Shown here: piece by piece, positions 8,006 through 15,657 of the stretch
Position numbering within the stretch: position 1 is the stretch's first letter
Layout of the letters: each line of letters begins with the position of its first letter
Origin: a virus
Taxonomy: Duplodnaviria; Caudoviricetes
Direction: 5' to 3' (one strand)
IMG/VR virus record: IMGVR_UViG_3300035494_000035
Span: 1-30,028 of that record
Length of the DNA: 30,028 bases
The notes under the pieces: generated by a model
What the model was told of the DNA's origin: nothing
Database searches by the model: none
What the model saw: only the letters and a program-made list of their open reading frames with translations
Program-made: the position numbers and the translations under genes

Positions 8006-9475
8006 TTATCCTAACTGAACACCAGTTGGGGTGATGATAGTAGAAATACGGATAAATTCTGCGGTGCGAGTTGGCTTCACATAAACATCAACCAACAATT
8101 GGTTGTTATCAATCACAAACGGTGTGTTCAATGTTTCTGATGTATCAACGAAGAACTCATACAAACCGCCTTGAATCTGTACGTTTTCCAAGAAAGATGA
8201 CAACAAGAAGTTGATGTTGTCGCGGGTTGATACAGTGTTAGGTTCAAATACAAATGGTTGCAATGCCTCAGACATGCGCTGATTAATCCATAGGATTGAG
8301 TTCACGACGTTGAAACGGTCAAGAGCACTTGCTTGTACCTGTAAAGTTTTTTGACCCCATACAACGGCACTAGCACCGCCATAAGTAGTAACAGGGTTTA
8401 TACCTGCGACATACAATTGGTCACGCTCACCTTCTGTCAATACTTTAGATACACCAAGTGCATTTGGAATAACACCACGCTGTAAACCAGCAGGCGCATC
8501 CCAGCGATTAGCAACTTCTACGGTGTACTCAAATACAGCCGCAACGTCACCAGATGGTGGAATTGTCACTTCTTTATCGTTATATTGGTCATAGATGCGA
8601 ATCCAACCGCCATACAGACCACCAAATTCGGTATTAGCCGCTAGGGTGTCTTTACGATAAGTAATCATTGCCGCAACGTCTTGAGCGGTGTCTTCTGGAA
8701 TATCCAAAATTGCAACAGCGTCTTTACGTGCTTCAGCAACAGCCAACATTTTTGTTTGAACTTCAGCAGATGCCCAACCAGCATTGATTAACAAGTTAGC
8801 AGGAACCGAGTTGGTGTTCAAGAAATCATCCCATGCAGTAACAATTGCACCAGAAGTAGGAGCAACAGTATCATCAGCACCACCAGACAATGTAATGTCA
8901 GTAGCAAAGTCATATGGGTCAGTTACAGCAGGGTTATCAGTAACACGGATATACAATGAACGACTATTGATTACATTTTCAATGAAGATGTTGTTACCGA
9001 AACCATTCTTAGCATTCGGGTCACGAGACACTTCATATTCTTCAACAACTTCGCCACCAACTTCAACGATAACATTGAATACACCAGCAGGTAAGTCAGC
9101 ATTCTCTTCCAATTTAACAACAATATCATTACCCCATGCACCTGGGTTAGCCGCATCAACGATTAAATGGTCTTCGGTATCAATACCGTCAGTCCAAGTT
9201 AATGTACCAGTAGCCGCAACTGCATCATTGATTACACGTTTAACAGATAAGATACCTGCACGGTTCAAAAAACGCAAAGCCGCATACATTGATGGATTAT
9301 CACTAGATGGAATACCATACAAGTCGATGAACTCTTTTGCCGATGTTACAGTAACAACATCAGTTGAACCTTTTTTAGATGAAATGACAACGCCACCAGC
9401 CAAAAGACCACCAGCATTGACAACGAAAGATTTGTCTACGATTCTATCATAGACTCCAGCACTAGCTCCGAACAT
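8006..9475 (-). CDS. gp18: Contractile tail sheath protein, T4 gp18-like
   Basis: AGVYDRIVDKS, NPGAWGN, PPSGDVA, WDAPAGLQRG, RDQLYVAGINPV, VWGQKTL, FVFEPN and VKPTRTAEFI motifs. Start placed at ATG 9475 (GGAG RBS). Confidence 0.95.
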   Translation of the reverse strand: MFGASAGVYDRIVDKSFVVNAGGLLAGGVVISSKKGSTDVVTVTSAKEFIDLYGIPSSDNPSMYAALRFLNRAGILSVKRVINDAVAATGTLTWTDGIDTEDHLIVDAANPGAWGNDIVVKLEENADLPAGVFNVIVEVGGEVVEEYEVSRDPNAKNGFGNNIFIENVINSRSLYIRVTDNPAVTDPYDFATDITLSGGADDTVAPTSGAIVTAWDDFLNTNSVPANLLINAGWASAEVQTKMLAVAEARKDAVAILDIPEDTAQDVAAMITYRKDTLAANTEFGGLYGGWIRIYDQYNDKEVTIPPSGDVAAVFEYTVEVANRWDAPAGLQRGVIPNALGVSKVLTEGERDQLYVAGINPVTTYGGASAVVWGQKTLQVQASALDRFNVVNSILWINQRMSEALQPFVFEPNTVSTRDNINFLLSSFLENVQIQGGLYEFFVDTSETLNTPFVIDNNQLLVDVYVKPTRTAEFIRISTIITPTGVQLG

Positions 9476-9501
9476 ATTTTGTTCTCCTTTTTTCAATTAA
9501 A

Positions 9502-10299
9502 TTAATCAGAATATTTCCAAAAATACCCATACGCAGATTTTGACCTCCCACTTAAACAGTTGGTGATGGCAGTTCCACGTTCTTTACCAAAAGAACTCGA
9601 TGCTTCTTTAATTGAATCGAATTCTTTTAATACTTCTCCAGTTTCCTTACATATCATCTGAACCTTTTTTGAACAAGGACTACCATTTTCGGTAATCCAA
9701 TCGTTTAGTCTCGATATGATGTTGTTATCTTTTGCGAATTTTCTTCGTTTCTCTCTGTATTCTTCTGAGGTGTAATTAGCTTTTAATGTGCCGTCTGGAT
9801 TCCTCAAATTTTTCTTTATGCGTTCTCTGGATTCAGCACTATGCTTCTTACCTTTAAATGGATTTTCATTATCCTCAAAGTATTTCTTTAGAGAATTTGA
9901 TATTTTTTCTCTTTGTTCAATCGGCATTACAAAAGACGGACAATCATCGGATTGTCTCCTAATGTTATAACCGTTATCATCAAAAGGGTTTAGCAACTTC
10001 ATGTAGTGTTCTTCTCTTTCAGAAAGTTCAGATTCATCGCAAAATTCCAAAACTGCAAAAACAAAGCTATCTACACCATATTTGTTCTTAGCATTTGTTA
10101 ATTTTGTTCCATTATATCGTTGATAATCTGGCTGATAGTGTTCCTTTAAACGATTTTTAAGTCTTCTGGTTTTACCAACATATATTTTTTGGTTTACCTT
10201 ATTGACCAGCAAATAGATTGCAGGGACGTTATCAAAAGATTTTCTCATGAAGTTTTCGTATGTTTTATACACATTGGATTCGTGAATGAACATCTTCAC
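9502..10299 (-). CDS. Freestanding GIY-YIG homing endonuclease (Seg-like) with NUMOD3/NUMOD1-type DNA-binding tail
   Basis: AIYLLVNKVNQKIYVGKT-x5-RLKEH, LSEREEHY, GYNI, NPFKGKKHSAESRERI and FDSIKEAS...ITNCLSGRSKSAYGYFWKY. AAGGAG RBS before GTG. Confidence 0.9.
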   Translation of the reverse strand: MKMFIHESNVYKTYENFMRKSFDNVPAIYLLVNKVNQKIYVGKTRRLKNRLKEHYQPDYQRYNGTKLTNAKNKYGVDSFVFAVLEFCDESELSEREEHYMKLLNPFDDNGYNIRRQSDDCPSFVMPIEQREKISNSLKKYFEDNENPFKGKKHSAESRERIKKNLRNPDGTLKANYTSEEYREKRRKFAKDNNIISRLNDWITENGSPCSKKVQMICKETGEVLKEFDSIKEASSSFGKERGTAITNCLSGRSKSAYGYFWKYSD

Positions 10300-10315
10300 T
10301 TCTCCTTAATATTGA

Positions 10316-10528
10316 TTATTCTTCAGATTGTTCAGCTTTCTTTGCCGAACGTGTTGAAGTTTTCTTTTGTTCAGGTTTCGTATCAATATCCTTAACACGA
10401 ATGCCCTCGTCTACACCAATCACTTCTTTGTCAGTTACAATGGATTGACCCCTCATTAGGAATTGAGTTGATTTATCCTTAAATGTAACCATACGAAGTT
10501 TGTCAGTCATGTTTGTATACTTTTTCAT
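10316..10528 (-). CDS. Small hypothetical late protein leading the sheath operon
   Basis: 70 aa ORF from ATG 10528 with a purine-rich RBS, downstream of a late-promoter-like GATAAATA. Confidence 0.65.
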   Translation of the reverse strand: MKKYTNMTDKLRMVTFKDKSTQFLMRGQSIVTDKEVIGVDEGIRVKDIDTKPEQKKTSTRSAKKAEQSEE

Positions 10529-10566
10529 ATCTCTCACTCTTGTTTTAGATTAAAAGTCTTCATAGA

Positions 10567-10574
10567 TATTTATC
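10567..10574 (-). promoter_or_regulatory. Late promoter variant GATAAATA
   Basis: 7/8 match to the consensus, about 40 nt upstream of the first tail-operon gene. Confidence 0.55.
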
Positions 10575-10597
10575 AAAATTCTACTAATTTCTCTTTA

Positions 10598-10642
10598 AAT
10601 GATAATGATTCTTGTTATTAAATGTTAATGATAATAATTATT
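10598..10642. promoter_or_regulatory. Tandem Fur-box-like sites
   Basis: 10601-10619 GATAATGATTCTTGTTATT (14/19) and 10624-10642 GTTAATGATAATAATTATT (16/19) versus GATAATGATAATCATTATC. Confidence 0.45.
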
Positions 10643-10659
10643 CCACTCATTAATCTTTT

Positions 10660-10814
10660 CATAAATCTAATAAAATAAATTTAAAATCTCAAATTTCCTT
10701 TACATAAAACTTAATAAAATCTAATAAAAATTCAATAAAATTTCGACAGCGAAGCATCACGCGCCCTAACTAAGACTAATACTCTTATACCATCCTAATA
10801 AAATCAACAACTTA
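10660..10814. other. AT-rich non-coding region with phased A-tracts, GCGAAGC mini-hairpin and IHF-consensus site; candidate replication origin
   Basis: ATAAAA at 10704, 10714, 10724 and 10735. AAATCTAATAAAA at 10663 and 10717. GCGAAGC at 10749-10755. AATCAACAACTTA at 10802-10814. Coding strand switches here. Confidence 0.4.
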
Positions 10815-10875
10815 CGAGTGATAAAAAATGAATGAATAATGACCATGAAACACACTAAATTGGACATGAAAAATG

Positions 10876-10904
10876 TTGACTTTTTGTGACATAAATGTTA
10901 GAAT
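10876..10904 (+). promoter_or_regulatory. Sigma70-type promoter TTGACT-N17-TAGAAT with extended -10 TG
   Basis: Near-consensus elements about 40 nt upstream of the gp55-like gene. Confidence 0.78.
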
Positions 10905-10942
10905 GATACATTGAAAAATAGAACCTAAAAAGAGGCTAAAGA

Positions 10943-11641
10943 ATGACAAAGAAGAAAAGTAAGAATTTTATTGAACCATCAGAGATGTTTACAGAGCTAT
11001 TGCAATGTTTAAAGAATGACCAGATGAGTGAAGAGTTGGGGAAAATGGTCATCTTGTTTTCTAAGAACTTAGTTAAGCATCGAAATTTTATTCGATATGG
11101 TCACATGAAGGATGACTTAATCAACACATCCATTCTTGGATGTACTAAATCATGGCACAAGTTCAGACCCATGAGAAATAAAGTCTTAAAGAGAGATGAA
11201 GAAGGTAAGGTGCTTGAATCTGAACGAGTGGAATGGGATGGCAAGATTGTTGACTATGATTACACAATTCATAACTCACCATTCAATTTCTTCACAACCT
11301 GTGCCAGGAATGAGATTCTCCAGTTTATCAAATCGTATCACTATAAGCAAAAGAACATTATGAATGAACTTCTTATTGAAGTGGGTGAAGAAGCTGACTA
11401 CGGTTATACAGAGATGATGAAAGCCAAGGAAGAAAAAGAACGAGAAGACGTGTATAATGAGAACGATGACGATGAATCAGTTGATGACATCGTAGAAATG
11501 GTACACGAAATGGACAAGCTAAAAGAAGAGCTTGGGGATGACATTGAACTTAATGACGATGACGAAACTGATAACGATGTGGATGTTGATGATGACATCC
11601 CAGATGAGAAGTTTGAAAAGAAATCACCATTTGGTTGGTGA
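10943..11641 (+). CDS. gp55: Late-transcription sigma factor, T4 gp55-like
   Basis: ELGKMVILFSKNLVKHRNFIRY, KDDLI, KF-x-P and SPFNFFTTCARN motifs with an acidic tail. Directly upstream of gp47/gp46. TATAAATA promoters occur throughout the window. Confidence 0.8.
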   Translation: MTKKKSKNFIEPSEMFTELLQCLKNDQMSEELGKMVILFSKNLVKHRNFIRYGHMKDDLINTSILGCTKSWHKFRPMRNKVLKRDEEGKVLESERVEWDGKIVDYDYTIHNSPFNFFTTCARNEILQFIKSYHYKQKNIMNELLIEVGEEADYGYTEMMKAKEEKEREDVYNENDDDESVDDIVEMVHEMDKLKEELGDDIELNDDDETDNDVDVDDDIPDEKFEKKSPFGW

Positions 11642-11666
11642 TTAAAATAATGGAGGAGGATGCTTT

Positions 11667-12695
11667 ATGAAGATTATTGTAATGGGCGATACACATTATG
11701 GCGAGAAATCGAATGACCCAAAATTCAATGGGTCATTGGTTGACTTATTTGAGTGGACAGTAGATATTGCCAAGGAAAGAAATATTGATACAATGGTACA
11801 TCTTGGTGATTATTATCACAACCGTAATGCTATCAATGTACAAACCATCAACTATGGTATTGATGGTGCTAAAATCTTGGCAGAGCACTTTGACCGAGAG
11901 AATGTCTATGTGCTATTAGGAAACCATGACATTTACTTCAAAGATAGACTAGACACCAACAGTCTTTCAATCATTGAGCCATATGTTACCATTGTTGATT
12001 CATTGACAGCCATTGATAATGTTTTATTAACTCCTTGGATTGTTGATGGTGAGCAATGGGATAAACTGGTCAAAGAGTCAAAGAAATATGATTTCCTTAT
12101 GGGACACTTTGAGTTCAATGGCTTCAAGATGAATGACTACTATGTGATGGAACATGGCAACAGTCATAAAGAATTGAAGAACTGTAAGAAAGTGTTATCT
12201 GGTCACTTTCATTCTCCACAAGTCATGGACAATGTTCACTATGTTGGAACACCTATCCCAACCACCATGTCAGAAGCAAATGAGCCACACGGAATCAACA
12301 TTCTTGATACTGAGACTGGAGAGTTAGAGTTTATTGAGTATACCAAGGTAAAGGTTATCTCGATTCCTTATACCGAGATTGAATCATTGGATGACTATGA
12401 CCCAGAATATACATCAGTTCGCATTGAGTTTCCTGATGATTTGGACGATGAGACACTAATCGGTGAAGTGCAAGAGTATCTGGCTGATAAGAAATTCGAT
12501 GAAGTTAAAATCAAATACAAAGGAAACAAAGCCAAGCAACTACTTGAATCTTCTGTTGAAACGATTGAAGAAGTGGAGAATATTGACTTGGTTGTTAAGA
12601 CATTCTTGAAGGATTGTTCAAATATCGATGGGATTGACAAAGAAGTTCTCCTAAAGTATTATGATGCGGCTGTTAAGAAATCGGAGGAAAATTGA
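11667..12695 (+). CDS. gp47: Recombination nuclease subunit, gp47 (Mre11/SbcD-like)
   Basis: Metallophosphoesterase motifs GDTH, HLGDYYH, GNHD, MGH and SGHFH. Confidence 0.93.
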   Translation: MKIIVMGDTHYGEKSNDPKFNGSLVDLFEWTVDIAKERNIDTMVHLGDYYHNRNAINVQTINYGIDGAKILAEHFDRENVYVLLGNHDIYFKDRLDTNSLSIIEPYVTIVDSLTAIDNVLLTPWIVDGEQWDKLVKESKKYDFLMGHFEFNGFKMNDYYVMEHGNSHKELKNCKKVLSGHFHSPQVMDNVHYVGTPIPTTMSEANEPHGINILDTETGELEFIEYTKVKVISIPYTEIESLDDYDPEYTSVRIEFPDDLDDETLIGEVQEYLADKKFDEVKIKYKGNKAKQLLESSVETIEEVENIDLVVKTFLKDCSNIDGIDKEVLLKYYDAAVKKSEEN

Positions 12696-14986
12696 TGATT
12701 AAATTTAAAAGTGTGGAGTTCTCGAACTTCATGTCATATGGTCAAGTTCCAACAAAGTTTGATTTGACAAAAAATGGAACAACTCTAATCATTGGGAATA
12801 ATGAGGATGTTGGTGATAAGGGTGGTAGTAGGAACGGAGCGGGAAAAACTCAGGTTCTACAAGCAATCCTATTTGGACTGTTTGGTAAAGGTATCGACAA
12901 GTTAAAGACAGACGAATACATCAACATCAAGAATGGTAAGAGGTTGGTGGTTGAGCTTATTTTTGAGAAAGGTGGTAAGGAATATAAAATCGTTCGTAAA
13001 CGTAAGCCAAACTCTGTAGAGCTATTCATTGATGGTGAAACAGTCACAATGGATACCATGAAGAATACGGATGATGTTATTTCTGAGATTATTGGTATGG
13101 ACTATGAGGTTTTCATGACCACATACTTCCTCACCCCTCACCGCGAAGCTTTTATGGCAATGTCACCCGCTTCACAGCGTTCTATGATTGAATCTATGTT
13201 ATCATTGGATGTTCTTGTTAAACGCTCAGAAGATTTGAAACTTATCAGAAAGGACTTGGAAGTTGACCTAAAAGTGATTGACCGTGACATTGAGAGTGCC
13301 AAATCTCGAAATCAAGATGTCGAAGCATCCATTGAAAGATTGAAACTAAAACAACAAGAGTTTGAACGCAACAAAGAGTCCACATTGCAATCGCTGAAGT
13401 CGAATCTTAAAGAGTTGGAATCAATTGATGTTGATGGTCTTCTTGATGAACTATCACAACAGGAAAAGAATAAAACTGACATCCAAGACTTGGAAGCGAA
13501 GAACAATGAGATTCTAAGTGAAATCTCTGAGTTAAAGCAATGTAAGCGAGAAATCGAATCACATATTTCAAATCTTAGAACCAAAAAAGAAGAACTTGTT
13601 GAGTTGATTGAGAAGTATGATGGATATGGTTCGAAATTTGATGGTAAGATTGAAGGGCTTCGTGATGCAATCAGTGGATACCAATCAGAAGAAGACTACA
13701 AAAGTCAAAATGAACTTTTCAAAGAAATCATTGAAGTTCGTGACTCGTTGGTTGATATGTTGAATGAGTTAGATGGTATCCATGACGAAATCAATCAATT
13801 GGGAACCAAAAAAGAATCACTAAAGAAAGAAGCAGAGACTTTGAAGAGTGGAGTTTGCCCAAACTGCGGACAAACTCATTACGATGATGAAAAATTGAGT
13901 AAGGTTGAAGAAGAAATCATCAAAATTGATGATAGTATCAAATCATTGAATAAAAAAGAATCAAATCTTGCCAAAGAAGCTGAGGAGTTGGAATCCGAGT
14001 TCGTTGCTATTCTGACTGACTATGATTACGATATGGATACAGACTTTGAGGGATTGATTGCTAAAAACAATCAAAACATCAATGAACTTAAACAATTGAC
14101 TTATGAGCTTAATACTCTACTCGATAACAAGGGTGAGAATCCATATGAAACTCAAGTACAGTCGATTATTGCCAAGTTTGGTGATGTATCCGACATAGCG
14201 AAGAAGATTGATGAAAGTGAAAAAGAATTAAGTGATATTGCTGATGAACTTTCAAAGCTAGAAGACAGTCAGTATGAGTATAACTCTCTGTTATCAAACT
14301 TAAAGGCTATCGAATATCCATTGTTGAAAGAATATGGTATTGTGAGCAAAACCCAAATTGATTCCTTAAAGGGTGATATTGATAAGTTGAAGAAAGACAT
14401 CAAGGAAACCAAAGCATCAAAGAATGTATATGATGAAGAAATCAAAGAAGCTCAGAATCTTTTGGTTGACACTGAGGCATTGACTGAAACTGGATATTTC
14501 ATTGAGAATGACATCAAACACGTAGGATACTTGATTAAGCTACTAACAGATAACAAGTCATTTGTGCGAAAGAACATTGTCGATTCATATATTCCATTTG
14601 TCAATAAAAAGATTTTGGAGTATACTGATAAGCTAGGGCTACCACACATTTGTTCAATCAACAGTGACTTATCAACTGATATTGAGTATATGGGCAAATC
14701 AGTTAGTTATTTTAACCTATCACAAGGTGAGCGTCTAAGACTTAATCTGAGTGTTAATCTGGCATTCCGTGATATGATTACTATGCTAGGTAAAGGCAGT
14801 AACATTTTGATGATTGATGAGTATATGGACTCTGCGTTTGATAACTCTGGTCTATGGCGTTCATTTAATCTTGTGAAAGAAAAAGCAGACAATGTTTTAA
14901 TCATTTCACACCGTGATGAGTTTAAGGAGTTCGTTGACAGAACAACAACCATCACAAAGAGAAATGGCTTCAGTAGCATTGAGTAA
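12695..14986 (+). CDS. gp46: Recombination ATPase subunit, gp46 (Rad50/SbcC-like)
   Basis: NFMSYG, Walker A NGAGKT, long coiled coil with CPNC zinc hook, LSQGER signature, Walker B ILMIDE and IISH. TGATG overlap with gp47. Confidence 0.93.
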   Translation: MIKFKSVEFSNFMSYGQVPTKFDLTKNGTTLIIGNNEDVGDKGGSRNGAGKTQVLQAILFGLFGKGIDKLKTDEYINIKNGKRLVVELIFEKGGKEYKIVRKRKPNSVELFIDGETVTMDTMKNTDDVISEIIGMDYEVFMTTYFLTPHREAFMAMSPASQRSMIESMLSLDVLVKRSEDLKLIRKDLEVDLKVIDRDIESAKSRNQDVEASIERLKLKQQEFERNKESTLQSLKSNLKELESIDVDGLLDELSQQEKNKTDIQDLEAKNNEILSEISELKQCKREIESHISNLRTKKEELVELIEKYDGYGSKFDGKIEGLRDAISGYQSEEDYKSQNELFKEIIEVRDSLVDMLNELDGIHDEINQLGTKKESLKKEAETLKSGVCPNCGQTHYDDEKLSKVEEEIIKIDDSIKSLNKKESNLAKEAEELESEFVAILTDYDYDMDTDFEGLIAKNNQNINELKQLTYELNTLLDNKGENPYETQVQSIIAKFGDVSDIAKKIDESEKELSDIADELSKLEDSQYEYNSLLSNLKAIEYPLLKEYGIVSKTQIDSLKGDIDKLKKDIKETKASKNVYDEEIKEAQNLLVDTEALTETGYFIENDIKHVGYLIKLLTDNKSFVRKNIVDSYIPFVNKKILEYTDKLGLPHICSINSDLSTDIEYMGKSVSYFNLSQGERLRLNLSVNLAFRDMITMLGKGSNILMIDEYMDSAFDNSGLWRSFNLVKEKADNVLIISHRDEFKEFVDRTTTITKRNGFSSIE

Positions 14987-14994
14987 AAGATAGC

Positions 14995-15034
14995 CCCCAC
15001 TAAATACTTCTTTTATTAGATAATTTTAGTGGGG
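14995..15034 (+). promoter_or_regulatory. RBS-sequestering hairpin overlapping a late-promoter-like ACTAAATA
   Basis: CCCCACTAAA (14995-15004) is complementary to TTTAGTGGGG (15025-15034), which carries the RBS of the gene starting at 15039. Confidence 0.65.
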
Positions 15035-15038
15035 TTTT

Positions 15039-15518
15039 ATGATTCTTGGTGTGGACCAATCTTTTTCGTGTACTGGGCTTTGTTTGTTTGATGGTAATGA
15101 GCACATATTCAGTACCACTCAAACAGTCCCAGACAAAGAAGATAAACTGGAAAAGTTTAAGAGGGCGAAATATATTGCCAAGGAAATCTCAGAACTTTGT
15201 ATGATACATGGTGTGACTGATGTTAGAATTGAAGGGTTAGCGATGGGTAAAGCCATCGGCAACAGTACAAGGGACTTAGCAGGACTTCAGTATGTCATTG
15301 TCAATGAACTGATGGAGAACCACCCAGAGACTTCAATCACCATCATCACACCAACAAGCCTGAAGAAGTTTGCGACAGGTAAGGGTAATGCTAAGAAAGA
15401 TGGTATGTTTGAATCTTTACCAGAGAACATTCAAGATGTGCTTATGGGATACCCAAAGACAAAAGGAAGATTTGACTTAGCCGATGCGTATTGGTTGGCT
15501 ATGTTCAAAGAAGAATAA
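15039..15518 (+). CDS. RuvC-like Holliday junction resolvase
   Basis: ILGVDQS, VRIEG, PTSLKKFATGKGNAKKD and DLADA; the acidic catalytic tetrad is intact. Confidence 0.87.
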   Translation: MILGVDQSFSCTGLCLFDGNEHIFSTTQTVPDKEDKLEKFKRAKYIAKEISELCMIHGVTDVRIEGLAMGKAIGNSTRDLAGLQYVIVNELMENHPETSITIITPTSLKKFATGKGNAKKDGMFESLPENIQDVLMGYPKTKGRFDLADAYWLAMFKEE

Positions 15519-15535
15519 ATAAAAATCACAATTTT

Positions 15536-15635
15536 TATAAATAAAGAGAAGGAGATTAGTTTTTAGCGTCCAAATCACTAAAAACAGGTGACGGGAAACC
15601 AGTCGCCACTTGTCACTCCTTCAATAGTATTTATA
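15536..15635. ncRNA. Candidate structured RNA (three-way junction) between convergent late promoters
   Basis: TATAAATA on + at 15536 and on - at 15628-15635. Closing stem GAAGGAG/CTCCTTC, hairpin GTTTTTAG/CTAAAAAC, and hairpin GGTGAC-GG-GAAA-CC-A-GTCGCC. Confidence 0.5.
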
Positions 15636-15657
15636 ACGATAAAATATAGGGAACCGA

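Noticed and set aside
9497-10315. GIY-YIG gene as part of a group I intron
   Set aside because: Both neighbouring genes are intact and the flanks are only 16-26 nt, leaving no room for an intron core. It is freestanding.
10660-10800. CRISPR-like or iteron array
   Set aside because: Repeats are short, AT-only and lack unique spacers. Better explained as phased A-tracts.
12695-14986. Intein explaining the long gp46
   Set aside because: The extra length is coiled coil around a central CPNC hook. No intein splice or LAGLIDADG motifs are seen.
15548-15622. Known riboswitch, ribozyme or tRNA identity for the structured element
   Set aside because: It lacks the hammerhead CUGAUGA core, the c-di-GMP-I consensus and the tRNA T-loop and CCA. 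Retained only as an unknown structure.
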